Below are positions 20,450 through 33,141 of a stretch of 64,000 nucleotides of DNA, piece after piece. The translations under genes and the position numbers were made by a program. The DNA comes from Escherichia coli. Its GTDB lineage: Bacteria; Pseudomonadota; Gammaproteobacteria; Enterobacterales; Enterobacteriaceae. A model generated the notes under the pieces. The model ran no database searches. It worked only from the letters and a program-made list of their open reading frames with translations, and was not told the origin of the DNA. The DNA is taken from assembly GCF_011045215.1 (NCBI RefSeq), contig NZ_CP049201.1; one strand, given 5' to 3'. How positions within the stretch are numbered: the stretch's first letter is position 1; the number at the start of each line of letters is the position of its first letter.

Positions 20450-21328
20450 TTAGAATAATTTTTTTGACCAGCCGAGCTTGGTGCTTAATGTGTTGAAATA
20501 ACTGTAATCTTTCGGATGAATCAGATTCAGATGGTAATCACAGCGACGAATCAGGACATCTTCACCTTCCTGAATCGGCAGTGCTATCTGGCTGTCGCAA
20601 CTGATTTCCAGGTCGTTACGGCGATGCGAAAAACGCAGACGGATCGTGCTGCTGCTGTTTATGACCAGTGGTCGTGCTGACAACGTATGCGGGAACATGG
20701 GCACCAGGGTAATCGCATCCAGAGAGGGGGTCAGAATAGGACCGCCCGCAGAGAGGGAATAGGCGGTGGAGCCTGTTGGCGTCGAAATAATTAGCCCATC
20801 AGATCGCTGAGAAAACGCAAAGATCTCGTCGATATACACTTCGAACTCTATCATATGCGCCACTTTGCCTGGATGAAGTACCACTTCATTTATCGCGGTG
20901 CTGATGCGCTTTTGGCAATCTTGCTGACAGACTTGCGCTTCCAGCAAAAAACGTTTCTCGCTGATGTAGTGACCTTCCAGCACATCGGCTAATTGTTGCT
21001 GGGCGTTATCGGGGTCAAGGTCAGTCAGGAAACCCAGGTTGCCACGGTTGATTCCAATAACTTTAATATCGTAACGGGCGAGCGTGCGCGCCGCGCCCAG
21101 CATATTACCGTCGCCACCAACGACTACCGCGAGATCAGCCAGTTGCCCAATCTCCGCGAGCGTGCCAGTTTTCACATTCTTCAGTTGCAGTTCGTGAGCG
21201 ATTTGTTGCTCAACGATGACCTCGTAACCTTTTGTGCACAGCCAGCGGTAGAGCATTTCATGTGTTGTCAGTGCAGTAGGGTGCCGTGGGTGTCCCACAA
21301 TGCCAATACACTTGAAATGATTATTCAT
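20450..21328 (-). CDS. nadK: NAD kinase
   Basis: 292 aa, GGDGN motif; matches E. coli NadK. Confidence 0.95.
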
Positions 21329-21366
21329 TTTTCCGAGGTCCTTGTTGCGAAGATTGATGACAATGT

Positions 21367-21395
21367 GAGTGCTTCCCTTGAAACCCTGAAACTGA
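21367..21395 (+). promoter_or_regulatory. Sigma-32 (heat-shock) promoter of grpE
   Basis: cttgaaa (21367-21373), 13-nt spacer, ccccataat (21387-21395) matches the sigma-32 consensus CTTGAAA-N13-15-CCCCATnT. Confidence 0.7.
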
Positions 21396-21417
21396 TCCCC
21401 ATAATAAGCGAAGTTAG

Positions 21418-22044
<627 letters not shown>

Positions 22045-22098
22045 TTTCTGTTTTCGTAATAATTCACGGCCCTGCATGCGAATGTCGGGCCGTTTTCG

Positions 22099-23361
22099 TT
22101 ACTCCGCCACACTCTCGCGCAGCGGTTTCACAGGAAAAACTTTTACCTGCTTAATCATATTGTCCTGTACGTCGAGAATATCGATATCGTACTCGCCAAT
22201 ACGCACGCGGGTGCCTGCGACAGGAATCTCTTCCAGTGCCTCAAGAATGACGCCATTAACCGTGCGGGCATCATCTTCCGGTAGATGCCAGTTAAAGGCT
22301 TTGTTGATTTCCCGCACGTTGGCAGTGCCATCAATAATCACCGAACCGTCGTTTTGCGGCGTGACCTCTTCGGCAAGTGTTGGCGACATCGACGTGGTGA
22401 AATCACCAACTATCTCTTCCAGAATATCTTCAACCGTCACCAGCCCCTGAATGTCTCCATACTCGTTGACGACCAGGCCGACTTTCTTTTTGTTGCGCTG
22501 AAACTTAACCAACTGCGTGCTGAGGGGCGTACCTTCCGGGACAAAATAGATCTCGTCCGCGGCGCGCAGCATGGTTTCTTTGGTGAACTCTTTTTTCTCC
22601 GACATCAACCGCCAGGCTTCACGTACTCGCAGCATACTGATGGCGTCGTCCAGCGAATCACGGTAGAGCACGATGCGCCCGTGAGGTGAGTGGGAGAGTT
22701 GGCGCAGAATCGATTTCCAGTCATCGTTGATATCAATACCGATAATTTCACTGCGCGGCACCATGATGTCATCAACGGTCATTTTTTCCAGATCGAGCAC
22801 CGACAGCAGCATATCCTGATTGCGACGGGAAATTTGTGAGCGCGATTCATGCACGATAGTGCGCAACTCTTCTTTGCTCAAAGAGCCGCTGACCACGATA
22901 TCGGTTTTGATGCCCATCATGCGCATTAACATGCGGGTGATAGCGTTCAGCAACCAGACCAGCGGCATCATCAAAATTTGCAGCGGTGCTAACAGAATAC
23001 TACTCGGATAAGCGACTTTTTCCGGGTATAGCGCAGCGATAGTTTTCGGCAACACTTCGGCAAAAACCAGCACCACAAAGGTCAGCACACCAGTCGCAAT
23101 TGCCACGCCCGCATCGCCGTACAAACGCATCCCAACAATAGTGCCGAGCGCGGAGGCAAGAATATTGACCAGGTTATTGCCGATTAACACCAGGCTTATC
23201 AGCCGGTCTGGCTTACGCAGCAATTTTTCGACGCGTTTGGCCGAGCGATTACCCTGTTTCGCCATATGTCGCAGACGATAGCGGTTGAGGGTCATCATTC
23301 CGGTTTCGGACCCGGAGAAATAGGCTGAAATGACCACCATGATGATCAGAATAATGATCAA
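22099..23361 (-). CDS. yfjD: CorC/HlyC-family membrane protein with CBS domains (YfjD-like)
   Basis: 420 aa, DUF21 membrane domain plus CBS pair and CorC C-terminal domain; position matches K-12 yfjD. Confidence 0.85.
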   Translation of the reverse strand: MIIILIIMVVISAYFSGSETGMMTLNRYRLRHMAKQGNRSAKRVEKLLRKPDRLISLVLIGNNLVNILASALGTIVGMRLYGDAGVAIATGVLTFVVLVFAEVLPKTIAALYPEKVAYPSSILLAPLQILMMPLVWLLNAITRMLMRMMGIKTDIVVSGSLSKEELRTIVHESRSQISRRNQDMLLSVLDLEKMTVDDIMVPRSEIIGIDINDDWKSILRQLSHSPHGRIVLYRDSLDDAISMLRVREAWRLMSEKKEFTKETMLRAADEIYFVPEGTPLSTQLVKFQRNKKKVGLVVNEYGDIQGLVTVEDILEEIVGDFTTSMSPTLAEEVTPQNDGSVIIDGTANVREINKAFNWHLPEDDARTVNGVILEALEEIPVAGTRVRIGEYDIDILDVQDNMIKQVKVFPVKPLRESVAE

Positions 23362-23405
23362 CGTAGTAGTAGAAATGTGTTCCAGGGGAAACTCCTTTTC
23401 TGGGT

Positions 23406-24272
23406 TTAGCTGATTAACTGCTGGACAATTCGGCTGCCGAAGTAGGCCAGTGTCAGAATGACTGCACCCGCAACGTTAAACCAGACGACGCGGCGTCCAC
23501 GCCATCCTTCATGATAATGTCCCCACAGCAGCACAATATAGACAAACCACGCCACGATAGAGAGCACAGCCTTGTCGATATTTTCCATGCTAAATAAGTT
23601 GTGCTTGTAGAACAGGCCAGTGCAAAGCGTGAGCGTTAGCAGCACTACGCCAATCTGCGTGATGTGGAACATTTTACGCTCGATACTCATCAATGGCGGC
23701 ATTTCCTGGTTAAACGCCAGCTTCTTGTTCTTCAGTTGGTAATCAATCCACGCCAGTTGCAGCGCGTACAGGGCGGCGATAATTAGCGTGGCATAGGAAA
23801 AGAGCGATAAGCCAATGTGCACCAGCATCCTAGGCGTAGCTTCCAGATGGGTGATGTATTCATTGGGCATGAAGGTTGCCAGCGCCAGGTTGATAAGCGC
23901 AAAGGCATAGACAATGGGTAGCAGCAACCAGCCACGATTGCGAGAAGCCACAATGGTCATTACCGTACAGATCATCAAACTGACCAATGAACCAACGTTC
24001 AGCAGGCTGAGGTTTTGTCCGCTATCACCGTCGGGCAGGATGCGGGCTTCCAGAGCGATTGCGTGGCAGACCAGCGCAATGACCGCAGAAATAATAGCCA
24101 TGCGCCGCCAGCCGCCGTTTTTTTGCAGCAGACCGGGAACAATCAGCGCAAGACTGACGGAGTAGGCGACAAGCGCGAGCAGAGCAAAAACGGGCATAGT
24201 AATGTCGACAGTTTGAGCAATAAGAAAGAGAAGCAGTATAGCGTCAGGTGAACGCTGCTCCAACCGTTGCAT
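23406..24272 (-). CDS. ypjD: Inner membrane protein YpjD (cytochrome c assembly-like family)
   Basis: Multi-pass membrane protein between yfjD and ffh as in K-12; start codon uncertain. Confidence 0.8.
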   Translation of the reverse strand: MQRLEQRSPDAILLLFLIAQTVDITMPVFALLALVAYSVSLALIVPGLLQKNGGWRRMAIISAVIALVCHAIALEARILPDGDSGQNLSLLNVGSLVSLMICTVMTIVASRNRGWLLLPIVYAFALINLALATFMPNEYITHLEATPRMLVHIGLSLFSYATLIIAALYALQLAWIDYQLKNKKLAFNQEMPPLMSIERKMFHITQIGVVLLTLTLCTGLFYKHNLFSMENIDKAVLSIVAWFVYIVLLWGHYHEGWRGRRVVWFNVAGAVILTLAYFGSRIVQQLIS

Positions 24273-24363
24273 AACAACAAAGACGCCTTCATGTTATACT
24301 GCGGCAAAATACTGATGATGTGTCGCGATTGCGGCCAACCGTTTCCACCCCAGGCGAGAGACA

Positions 24364-25725
24364 ATGTTTGATAATTTAACCGATCGTTTGTCGCGCACGC
24401 TGCGCAATATCAGTGGCCGTGGACGCCTCACTGAAGACAACGTAAAAGATACGCTGCGCGAAGTGCGCATGGCGCTGCTGGAGGCGGACGTCGCTCTGCC
24501 GGTAGTGCGTGAGTTTATCAATCGCGTAAAAGAGAAAGCGGTTGGTCATGAAGTTAATAAGAGCCTGACGCCGGGGCAGGAGTTCGTCAAAATCGTCCGT
24601 AACGAACTGGTTGCGGCGATGGGCGAAGAGAACCAGACCCTGAACCTGGCTGCGCAACCGCCTGCGGTCGTACTGATGGCGGGCCTGCAAGGTGCCGGTA
24701 AAACAACCAGCGTTGGTAAACTCGGTAAGTTCCTGCGCGAGAAGCACAAGAAGAAAGTGCTGGTGGTTTCTGCCGACGTTTATCGCCCGGCGGCAATCAA
24801 ACAGCTTGAGACGCTGGCAGAGCAGGTGGGCGTTGATTTCTTCCCTTCTGATGTTGGTCAGAAGCCGGTAGATATCGTTAACGCGGCGCTGAAAGAAGCC
24901 AAACTGAAATTCTACGACGTGCTGCTGGTGGATACCGCTGGTCGTCTGCACGTTGACGAAGCGATGATGGACGAGATCAAACAAGTCCATGCGTCGATTA
25001 ACCCGGTTGAAACCCTGTTTGTGGTTGACGCCATGACCGGTCAGGATGCGGCCAATACGGCAAAAGCATTCAATGAAGCGTTACCGCTTACCGGCGTAGT
25101 GTTGACCAAAGTGGACGGCGATGCCCGCGGCGGTGCGGCGCTCTCTATTCGTCACATCACTGGCAAACCGATCAAGTTCCTCGGTGTTGGCGAGAAAACT
25201 GAGGCGCTGGAGCCGTTCCATCCGGACCGCATCGCGTCGCGTATTCTCGGCATGGGCGACGTACTGTCGCTGATCGAAGATATCGAAAGCAAAGTTGACC
25301 GCGCGCAGGCAGAGAAATTAGCCAGCAAGCTGAAAAAAGGTGACGGCTTCGATCTCAACGACTTTCTTGAGCAGCTGCGCCAGATGAAAAATATGGGCGG
25401 CATGGCTAGCCTGATGGGCAAGCTGCCGGGCATGGGGCAGATCCCGGATAACGTCAAGTCACAGATGGACGATAAAGTGCTGGTGCGTATGGAAGCCATC
25501 ATCAACTCGATGACGATGAAAGAGCGCGCTAAGCCAGAAATCATCAAAGGTTCGCGTAAACGCCGTATTGCTGCCGGTTGCGGTATGCAGGTGCAGGACG
25601 TTAACCGTCTTCTGAAACAGTTCGACGACATGCAGCGCATGATGAAGAAAATGAAGAAGGGCGGAATGGCGAAGATGATGAGAAGCCTGAAGGGGATGAT
25701 GCCGCCGGGATTTCCTGGTCGCTAA
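24364..25725 (+). CDS. ffh: Signal recognition particle protein Ffh
   Basis: 453 aa, GTPase motifs (GLQGAGKTT, DTAGR), Met-rich C-terminal M domain. Confidence 0.95.
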   Translation: MFDNLTDRLSRTLRNISGRGRLTEDNVKDTLREVRMALLEADVALPVVREFINRVKEKAVGHEVNKSLTPGQEFVKIVRNELVAAMGEENQTLNLAAQPPAVVLMAGLQGAGKTTSVGKLGKFLREKHKKKVLVVSADVYRPAAIKQLETLAEQVGVDFFPSDVGQKPVDIVNAALKEAKLKFYDVLLVDTAGRLHVDEAMMDEIKQVHASINPVETLFVVDAMTGQDAANTAKAFNEALPLTGVVLTKVDGDARGGAALSIRHITGKPIKFLGVGEKTEALEPFHPDRIASRILGMGDVLSLIEDIESKVDRAQAEKLASKLKKGDGFDLNDFLEQLRQMKNMGGMASLMGKLPGMGQIPDNVKSQMDDKVLVRMEAIINSMTMKERAKPEIIKGSRKRRIAAGCGMQVQDVNRLLKQFDDMQRMMKKMKKGGMAKMMRSLKGMMPPGFPGR

Positions 25726-25783
25726 ATGACCTTATGCGACAGAGTTATTAACTGCTGATTGCATTTTCTCCAGAAATCAGTAA

Positions 25784-26110
<327 letters not shown>

Positions 26111-26128
26111 TCTGTCACGGTGGTCATG

Positions 26129-26677
26129 ATGAGCAAACAACTCACCGCGCAAGCACCTGTTGATCCCATCGTTTTGGGAAAAATGGGTTCGTCTTACGGT
26201 ATTCGTGGGTGGCTCAGAGTGTTTTCTTCCACCGAAGACGCCGAAAGCATTTTTGACTATCAGCCCTGGTTTATCCAGAAGGCGGGTCAGTGGCAGCAAG
26301 TCCAGCTGGAAAGCTGGAAGCACCACAATCAGGACATGATCATCAAGCTGAAAGGCGTTGACGATCGTGATGCGGCGAACCTGCTGACAAATTGTGAAAT
26401 TGTCGTGGATTCATCGCAGCTGCCTCAGCTTGAAGAGGGTGACTACTACTGGAAAGACCTGATGGGCTGCCAGGTAGTAACCACTGAAGGCTACGATCTC
26501 GGTAAAGTCGTCGATATGATGGAAACCGGATCCAATGACGTTCTCGTCATTAAGGCAAACCTGAAAGATGCGTTTGGTATCAAGGAACGTCTCGTACCGT
26601 TCCTCGATGGGCAGGTTATCAAGAAAGTCGATCTCACTACTCGTTCAATCGAAGTAGATTGGGATCCTGGTTTTTAA
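26129..26677 (+). CDS. rimM: Ribosome maturation factor RimM
   Basis: [34 protein letters not shown]... matches RimM. Confidence 0.9.
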
Positions 26678-26707
26678 ACCACCGGATAAACGGTAAAAGA
26701 CGGCGCT

Positions 26708-27475
26708 ATGTGGATTGGCATAATTAGCCTGTTTCCTGAAATGTTCCGCGCAATTACCGATTACGGGGTAACTGGCCGGGCAGTTAAAAATGGCCTGCTG
26801 AGCATCCAGAGCTGGAGTCCTCGCGATTTCACGCATGACCGGCACCGTACCGTGGACGATCGTCCTTACGGCGGCGGACCGGGGATGTTAATGATGGTGC
26901 AACCCTTGCGGGACGCCATTCATGCAGCAAAAGCCGCGGCGGGTGAAGGCGCAAAGGTGATTTATCTTTCACCACAGGGACGCAAGCTTGATCAAGCGGG
27001 CGTCAGCGAACTGGCAACGAATCAAAAATTGATTCTGGTGTGCGGTCGCTACGAAGGTATAGATGAGCGCGTGATCCAAACCGAAATTGACGAAGAATGG
27101 TCAATCGGCGATTACGTTCTCAGTGGTGGTGAGTTACCAGCAATGACGCTGATTGACTCCGTTTCCCGGTTTATTCCGGGAGTACTGGGACATGAAGCCT
27201 CGGCAACGGAAGATTCCTTTGCTGAAGGATTGCTGGATTGCCCGCACTATACGCGGCCTGAGGTGTTAGAAGGGATGGAAGTTCCGCCAGTGTTACTGTC
27301 GGGCAACCATGCCGAGATACGTCGCTGGCGTTTGAAACAGTCGCTGGGCCGTACCTGGCTTAGAAGACCTGAACTTCTGGAAAACCTGGCTCTGACTGAA
27401 GAGCAAGCAAGGTTGCTGGCGGAGTTCAAAACGGAACACGCACAACAGCAACATAAACATGATGGGATGGCGTAA
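26708..27475 (+). CDS. trmD: tRNA (guanine37-N1)-methyltransferase TrmD
   Basis: 255 aa, matches TrmD. Confidence 0.95.
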
Positions 27476-27513
27476 GCCCCCGAGATATCAGTTTACCCAG
27501 GATAAGAGATTAA

Positions 27514-27864
<351 letters not shown>

Positions 27865-27894
27865 GATTTCGCTTAAGCGACATCCTGTTAAGAA

Positions 27895-27923
27895 GGGCTG
27901 GCCAATTGGCTGGCCCTTTTTTT
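27895..27923 (+). terminator. Rho-independent terminator after rplS
   Basis: GC-rich near-palindrome gggctggccaattggctggccc followed by a T7 run. Confidence 0.7.
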
Positions 27924-27940
27924 ATCTGTTTGCTCGTGTT

Positions 27941-28423
27941 TTAAGGGGTAGTAATCACCACTGCGACGCGGCGGTTCTCGGCGCGGCCCTGGGCGGTCTT
28001 GTTACTGGCTATGGGATATTTTTTTCCTAAACCCTGTGTGGTGAGATTGCTGCGCGGAATTTGTCCACCCATAGCCCATGCATCGGCCACGACATTCGCC
28101 CGTTTCAATGATAAGCCTTCGTTGTAACTGTCTTCACCATAGTTATCGGTGTGTCCATCCATACGGGCATGTGTTAGCCCTGTCGAGGCCAATTTGGCTG
28201 CCATGGTTTGGATCTGTTGCTGGCTTTCCGGGAGCAATTTGTAGTCATTTTTTGCGAACAGAATGGCATCTGATAAGCCCAGCGACCAGTCGCCGGCGGA
28301 TTCAGTAAATCCATAAGATTGCATAGCGGCGACTTGCTCAGGAGTAAACTTTCCCTGAGGGGACTGGCAGCCAGTCAGTATTAGTGAGGTGAAAATCAGG
28401 GGTGCTACCAGGTGCTTTATCAT
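27941..28423 (-). CDS. yfiB: OmpA-family lipoprotein YfiB
   Basis: 160 aa, lipobox LTGC, OmpA-like C-terminal domain. Confidence 0.85.
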   Translation of the reverse strand: MIKHLVAPLIFTSLILTGCQSPQGKFTPEQVAAMQSYGFTESAGDWSLGLSDAILFAKNDYKLLPESQQQIQTMAAKLASTGLTHARMDGHTDNYGEDSYNEGLSLKRANVVADAWAMGGQIPRSNLTTQGLGKKYPIASNKTAQGRAENRRVAVVITTP

Positions 28424-28438
28424 ATCGATATATCCTTG

Positions 28439-29665
28439 TTATCTCACCAGCTTTTCGGCACGCTGGTGTTTGGCCTGATACATATTGTGATCGGCAAGCT
28501 CTTGTAATTTTTCCGCAGAGGCGTGCTCAATGGTCATCGCGTAACCAATGCTTAATGTCATGGTGGTCTGATGGCCATTATGAAGATCAAACGGGAGATT
28601 AAAGATTTGTGTCAGTGCTGAGCATATCTGCTGCACTTCAGATTCCGACTGTACACCATAGAGCACCATCGCGAATTCATCGCCGCCCAGGCGGTATGCT
28701 TTATGTCGCAGCCCGCCAAATTCAGCTAACCGTTTTGCGATTTCAATCAAGACTCTATCGCCCGTCGCATGACCCCAGGTATCATTGATATATTTGAAAT
28801 TATCGCCATCAAGAAATAGTAACGCCGACGTTTTTCGGGCATCGGAATTGTTCATCAACGTATTGATGCCGCTACGAAACGCTGCGCGGTTAGCCAGCCC
28901 GGTTAATGGGTCATGTAGCGCGGTACGCAGAAGCTGCGCATTTTTGGCCTGTAAACGAAGCTGCCACTCTTCCATTTCATCCAGCAGACTGTTGAAGTCG
29001 AGAGCGAAGCGGTGAAACTCAGCGATACGTTCTTCCGAAACTCGTCGGGAAAAATTGCGGTTGGAACGCACATCATGTACGACATCGGTGATATTTTTCA
29101 GTGCTTCCACCAGGCCATTGTGCAAATGGCGGGTGAGGGTAATTGCGATTCCTGATGCCAGCAGAATACAACCGGTCAGTACGGCGAGCGAAAACCAGAT
29201 AAAATGGCTGATTGAACTGTCGCGAGCGGTTAAGCGTACTTCGCCAATGGTTTCGCCATTGTGACGAATCGGCTGAATGATGGGCGCAGGGAAGAGCCAG
29301 TGGCTTATGAAATTGCTGAAAGTATCGCCTGGATCCTTACGGGTGTAATGCCAGGATGCCAGAATATTTTGCTGCTTATCACGTACTTCTGCAGTTGAAA
29401 ATTGCCCTTGCTGGCCCAGCGCTGCCAGTGTTTCAGTTGCTGCAGGGCCATCGGCAAAAACGACAGCTGCTTCCAGACTGTAAGTCATTGTTGCTGCTGT
29501 CAGTGCCAGGTTTTTTTGCGCGTACTGTTTCAGGGTCAGCACCGAGGTCACGGAAAGCAGCAACCAGATCAGCATCATAGTGATAAATATGCTGGTCATA
29601 CTGATGTTGCGTAATGCTCTTTTAAACGTGGGGCGCTTATTAAGAGAATTATCGTTATCCATCAT
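28439..29665 (-). CDS. dgcN: Diguanylate cyclase DgcN (YfiN), GGDEF domain
   Basis: 408 aa, membrane N-terminus, GGDEF-type motif RLGGDEF. Confidence 0.9.
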   Translation of the reverse strand: MMDNDNSLNKRPTFKRALRNISMTSIFITMMLIWLLLSVTSVLTLKQYAQKNLALTAATMTYSLEAAVVFADGPAATETLAALGQQGQFSTAEVRDKQQNILASWHYTRKDPGDTFSNFISHWLFPAPIIQPIRHNGETIGEVRLTARDSSISHFIWFSLAVLTGCILLASGIAITLTRHLHNGLVEALKNITDVVHDVRSNRNFSRRVSEERIAEFHRFALDFNSLLDEMEEWQLRLQAKNAQLLRTALHDPLTGLANRAAFRSGINTLMNNSDARKTSALLFLDGDNFKYINDTWGHATGDRVLIEIAKRLAEFGGLRHKAYRLGGDEFAMVLYGVQSESEVQQICSALTQIFNLPFDLHNGHQTTMTLSIGYAMTIEHASAEKLQELADHNMYQAKHQRAEKLVR

Positions 29666-30173
29666 TTTTCTTCCGTGCGAGCATTAAGACATCCGGGTTG
29701 ACCTTTACACCGCTACGCGATAAGGCATCCAGGTTTACGGCAAATCTGACGTCATTATTGTGGATGATCAGACAAAAGGCGCTACCAATAATGCACTCGG
29801 TATTTTGTTCGGCAATTAATAATAACGCCTTTGACGGATATTGTTCGGTTAATTCCATCTGGAATGTCGGTGACTCGTTGCCAAAATAAAAACCATTGCA
29901 GCCTGAAATCATCGCCTCTTGTTGAGTGTGAATGATGACAGGCAGATAAGGCAAAGATGTCGCGGCATTCTCTTGTAGGGCGGTACTAAAACGTGAAGAT
30001 GAAAAGATACATAACTTTGGTGGCCCTGATAGCGCAGGCCAGCGGGTGTAACTGACAATACCGGAAACCATCATACGCACGTTTTTCGCAACGTCAGAAG
30101 GCTCCAGAGCGAGTATTGGTGCTCCCGTCAGCAGGAGAATCAGCAGTAAGAACAGTCGGTGAGAAAAACGCAT
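29655..30173 (-). CDS. yfiR: Periplasmic repressor of DgcN, YfiR
   Basis: 172 aa with signal peptide; overlaps dgcN start as in the yfiRNB operon. Confidence 0.85.
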   Translation of the reverse strand: MRFSHRLFLLLILLLTGAPILALEPSDVAKNVRMMVSGIVSYTRWPALSGPPKLCIFSSSRFSTALQENAATSLPYLPVIIHTQQEAMISGCNGFYFGNESPTFQMELTEQYPSKALLLIAEQNTECIIGSAFCLIIHNNDVRFAVNLDALSRSGVKVNPDVLMLARKKNDG

Positions 30174-30322
30174 TCAGGGATCCCCACCATCTTCGCTCGA
30201 AATGCATCGATATTTTTTCAGAATGCTCATTAAAATATCATTTTTTCATGCGACCGTCATCAATGTGAGAAATAAAACACAATGAGCCAAATCTTATGTT
30301 TAATTTATTTGTGGGGTTTTAA

Positions 30323-30706
30323 TTAATTTAATCGTATTGTGCTGGCATTTTCATCAGCCCCTTTTTGCCATACTTCATGCAGTTGGCTGGCATTTTCAAC
30401 ATTGTTGCAGCTGGCAGGAAAGCTTTTACCGGAAAGTCCCCGGGCATAAGTAAAATCGGTCTGGCAAGTTTTCTTTTGTCCTTCGGCATATCCTTTAAGG
30501 TATAGACCGCGATCCGCCTGTGAATCGCTAAATGCATCGTCATCTTTTATGGCGCTGCCCGATATCGCATCTTCCATACCGACATCATACCAGTCGGTGC
30601 TGGTCAAGGTTGGCGCGTGAGTATAAGGATCAATCTGACATCCGCTAACCAGTAAAGCCAACAAGGGGGCGATAAACTTTTTCATCATTTCTTTCTCCTT
30701 TTTCAA
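30323..30706 (-). CDS. yfiL: Lipoprotein YfiL
   Basis: 127 aa, signal peptide with lipobox LVSGC; position matches K-12 yfiL. Confidence 0.7.
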   Translation of the reverse strand: MKKEKEMMKKFIAPLLALLVSGCQIDPYTHAPTLTSTDWYDVGMEDAISGSAIKDDDAFSDSQADRGLYLKGYAEGQKKTCQTDFTYARGLSGKSFPASCNNVENASQLHEVWQKGADENASTIRLN

Positions 30707-30733
30707 AGCATAGCGGATTGTTTTTAAAGGAGG

Positions 30734-30802
30734 TGTAAATTTATTTGTACGAAATAAGCATCAAAAGCGCGAGTAAATTGTTTCTGTAAAGAAAAATGTA
30801 CG
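30734..30802 (+). promoter_or_regulatory. aroF control region with two TyrR-box-like operators
   Basis: tgtaaatttatttgtac (30734-30750) and tgtaaagaaaaatgtac (30785-30801) resemble the TyrR box TGTAAA-N6-TTTACA; aroF is TyrR-repressed. Confidence 0.6.
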
Positions 30803-30896
30803 AAATATGGATTGAAAACTTTACTTTATGTGTTATCGTTACGTCATCCTCGCTGAGGATCAACTATCGCAAACGAGCATAAACAGGATCGCCATC

Positions 30897-31967
30897 ATGC
30901 AAAAAGACGCGCTGAATAACGTACATATTACCGACGAACAGGTTTTAATGACTCCGGCACAACTGAAGGCCGCTTTTCCATTAAGCCTGCAACAAGAAGC
31001 CCAGATTGCTGACTCGCGTAAAACCATTTCAGATATTATCGCCGGGCGCGATCCTCGTCTGCTGGTAGTATGTGGTCCTTGTTCCATTCATGATCCGGAA
31101 ACTGCTCTGGAATATGCTCGTCGATTTAAAGCCCTTGCCGCAGAGGTCAGCGATAGCCTCTATCTGGTAATGCGCGTCTATTTTGAAAAACCCCGTACCA
31201 CTGTCGGCTGGAAAGGGTTAATTAACGATCCCCATATGGATGGCTCTTTTGATGTAGAAGCCGGGCTGCAGATCGCGCGTAAATTGCTGCTTGAGCTGGT
31301 GAATATGGGACTGCCACTGGCGACGGAAGCGTTAGATCCGAATAGCCCGCAATACCTGGGCGATCTGTTTAGCTGGTCAGCCATTGGTGCTCGTACAACG
31401 GAATCGCAAACTCACCGTGAAATGGCCTCCGGGCTTTCCATGCCGGTTGGTTTTAAAAACGGCACCGATGGCAGTCTGGCAACGGCAATTAACGCTATGC
31501 GCGCCGCCGCCCAGCCGCACCGTTTTGTTGGCATTAACCAGGCAGGGCAGGTTGCGTTGCTACAAACTCAGGGGAATCCGGACGGGCATGTCATCCTGCG
31601 CGGTGGTAAAGCGCCGAACTATAGCCCTGCGGATGTTGCGCAATGTGAAAAAGAGATGGAACAGGCGGGACTGCGCCCGTCTCTGATGGTAGATTGCAGC
31701 CACGGTAATTCCAATAAAGATTATCGCCGTCAGCCTGCGGTGGCAGAATCCGTGGTTGCTCAAATCAAAGATGGCAATCGCTCAATTATTGGTCTGATGA
31801 TCGAAAGTAATATCCACGAGGGCAATCAGTCTTCCGAGCAACCGCGCAGTGAAATGAAATACGGTGTATCCGTAACCGATGCCTGCATTAGCTGGGAAAT
31901 GACTGATGCCTTGCTGCGTGAGATCCATCATGATCTCAAAGGGCAACTGACGGCGCGCGTGGCTTAA
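30897..31967 (+). CDS. aroF: DAHP synthase, tyrosine-sensitive (AroF)
   Basis: [25 protein letters not shown]... 356 aa; start is the internal ATG of ORF 30828..31967. Confidence 0.95.
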   Translation: MQKDALNNVHITDEQVLMTPAQLKAAFPLSLQQEAQIADSRKTISDIIAGRDPRLLVVCGPCSIHDPETALEYARRFKALAAEVSDSLYLVMRVYFEKPRTTVGWKGLINDPHMDGSFDVEAGLQIARKLLLELVNMGLPLATEALDPNSPQYLGDLFSWSAIGARTTESQTHREMASGLSMPVGFKNGTDGSLATAINAMRAAAQPHRFVGINQAGQVALLQTQGNPDGHVILRGGKAPNYSPADVAQCEKEMEQAGLRPSLMVDCSHGNSNKDYRRQPAVAESVVAQIKDGNRSIIGLMIESNIHEGNQSSEQPRSEMKYGVSVTDACISWEMTDALLREIHHDLKGQLTARVA

Positions 31968-31977
31968 GAGGTTTATT

Positions 31978-33099
31978 ATGGTTGCTGAATTGACCGCATT
32001 ACGCGATCAAATTGATGAAGTCGATAAAGAGCTGCTGAATTTATTAGCGAAGCGTCTGGAACTGGTTGCCGAAGTGGGCGAAGTAAAAAGCCGCTTTGGA
32101 CTGCCTATTTATGTTCCGGAGCGTGAGGCATCTATGTTGGCCTCGCGGCGTGCAGAGGCGGAAGCACTCGGCGTGCCGCCAGATCTGATTGAAGATGTTC
32201 TGCGTCGGGTAATGCGTGAGTCCTACTCCAGTGAAAACGACAAAGGGTTTAAAACGCTTTGTCCTTCACTACGTCCGGTAGTCATTGTTGGTGGCGGTGG
32301 GCAGATGGGGCGCTTGTTCGAGAAGATGCTGACGCTCTCTGGCTATCAGGTGCGGATCCTTGAACAACATGACTGGGATCGCGCGGCTGAGATTGTTGCC
32401 GATGCCGGTATGGTGATTGTCAGCGTGCCGATTCATGTTACAGAACAAGTTATCGGCAAATTACCGCGTTTACCGCAAGACTGTATTCTGGTCGATCTGG
32501 CATCAGTGAAAAATGGGCCATTACAGGCCATGCTGGCGGCGCACGATGGCCCGGTACTGGGGTTACACCCGATGTTCGGCCCGGATAGCGGTAGCCTGGC
32601 AAAGCAAGTTGTGGTCTGGTGTGATGGACGTAAGCCGGAAGCATACCAATGGTTTCTGGAGCAAATTCAGGTCTGGGGCGCTCGGTTGCATCGTATTAGC
32701 GCTGTCGAGCACGATCAGAATATGGCGTTTATTCAGGCTCTGCGCCACTTTGCTACTTTTGCTTACGGGCTGCACCTGGCAGAAGAAAATGTTCAGCTTG
32801 AGCAACTTCTGGCGCTCTCTTCGCCGATTTACCGCCTTGAGCTGGCGATGGTCGGGCGACTGTTTGCTCAGGATCCGCAGCTTTATGCCGACATTATTAT
32901 GTCGTCAGAGCGTAATCTGGCGTTAATCAAACGTTACTATAAGCGTTTCGGCGAGGCGATTGAGTTGCTGGAGCAGGGCGATAAGCAGGCGTTTATTGAC
33001 AGTTTCCGCAAGGTGGAGCACTGGTTCGGCGATTACGCACAGCGTTTTCAGAGTGAAAGCCGCGTGTTATTGCGTCAGGCGAATGACAATCGCCAGTAA
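31978..33099 (+). CDS. tyrA: Chorismate mutase / prephenate dehydrogenase (TyrA)
   Basis: 373 aa, matches TyrA. Confidence 0.95.
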   Translation: MVAELTALRDQIDEVDKELLNLLAKRLELVAEVGEVKSRFGLPIYVPEREASMLASRRAEAEALGVPPDLIEDVLRRVMRESYSSENDKGFKTLCPSLRPVVIVGGGGQMGRLFEKMLTLSGYQVRILEQHDWDRAAEIVADAGMVIVSVPIHVTEQVIGKLPRLPQDCILVDLASVKNGPLQAMLAAHDGPVLGLHPMFGPDSGSLAKQVVVWCDGRKPEAYQWFLEQIQVWGARLHRISAVEHDQNMAFIQALRHFATFAYGLHLAEENVQLEQLLALSSPIYRLELAMVGRLFAQDPQLYADIIMSSERNLALIKRYYKRFGEAIELLEQGDKQAFIDSFRKVEHWFGDYAQRFQSESRVLLRQANDNRQ

Positions 33100-33106
33100 T
33101 AATCCA

Positions 33107-33134
33107 GTGCCGGATGATTCACATCATCCGGCAC
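33107..33134. terminator. Bidirectional rho-independent terminator between convergent tyrA and pheA
   Basis: Palindrome gtgccggatgattcacatcatccggcac flanked by A/T runs. Confidence 0.7.
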
Positions 33135-33141
33135 CTTTTCA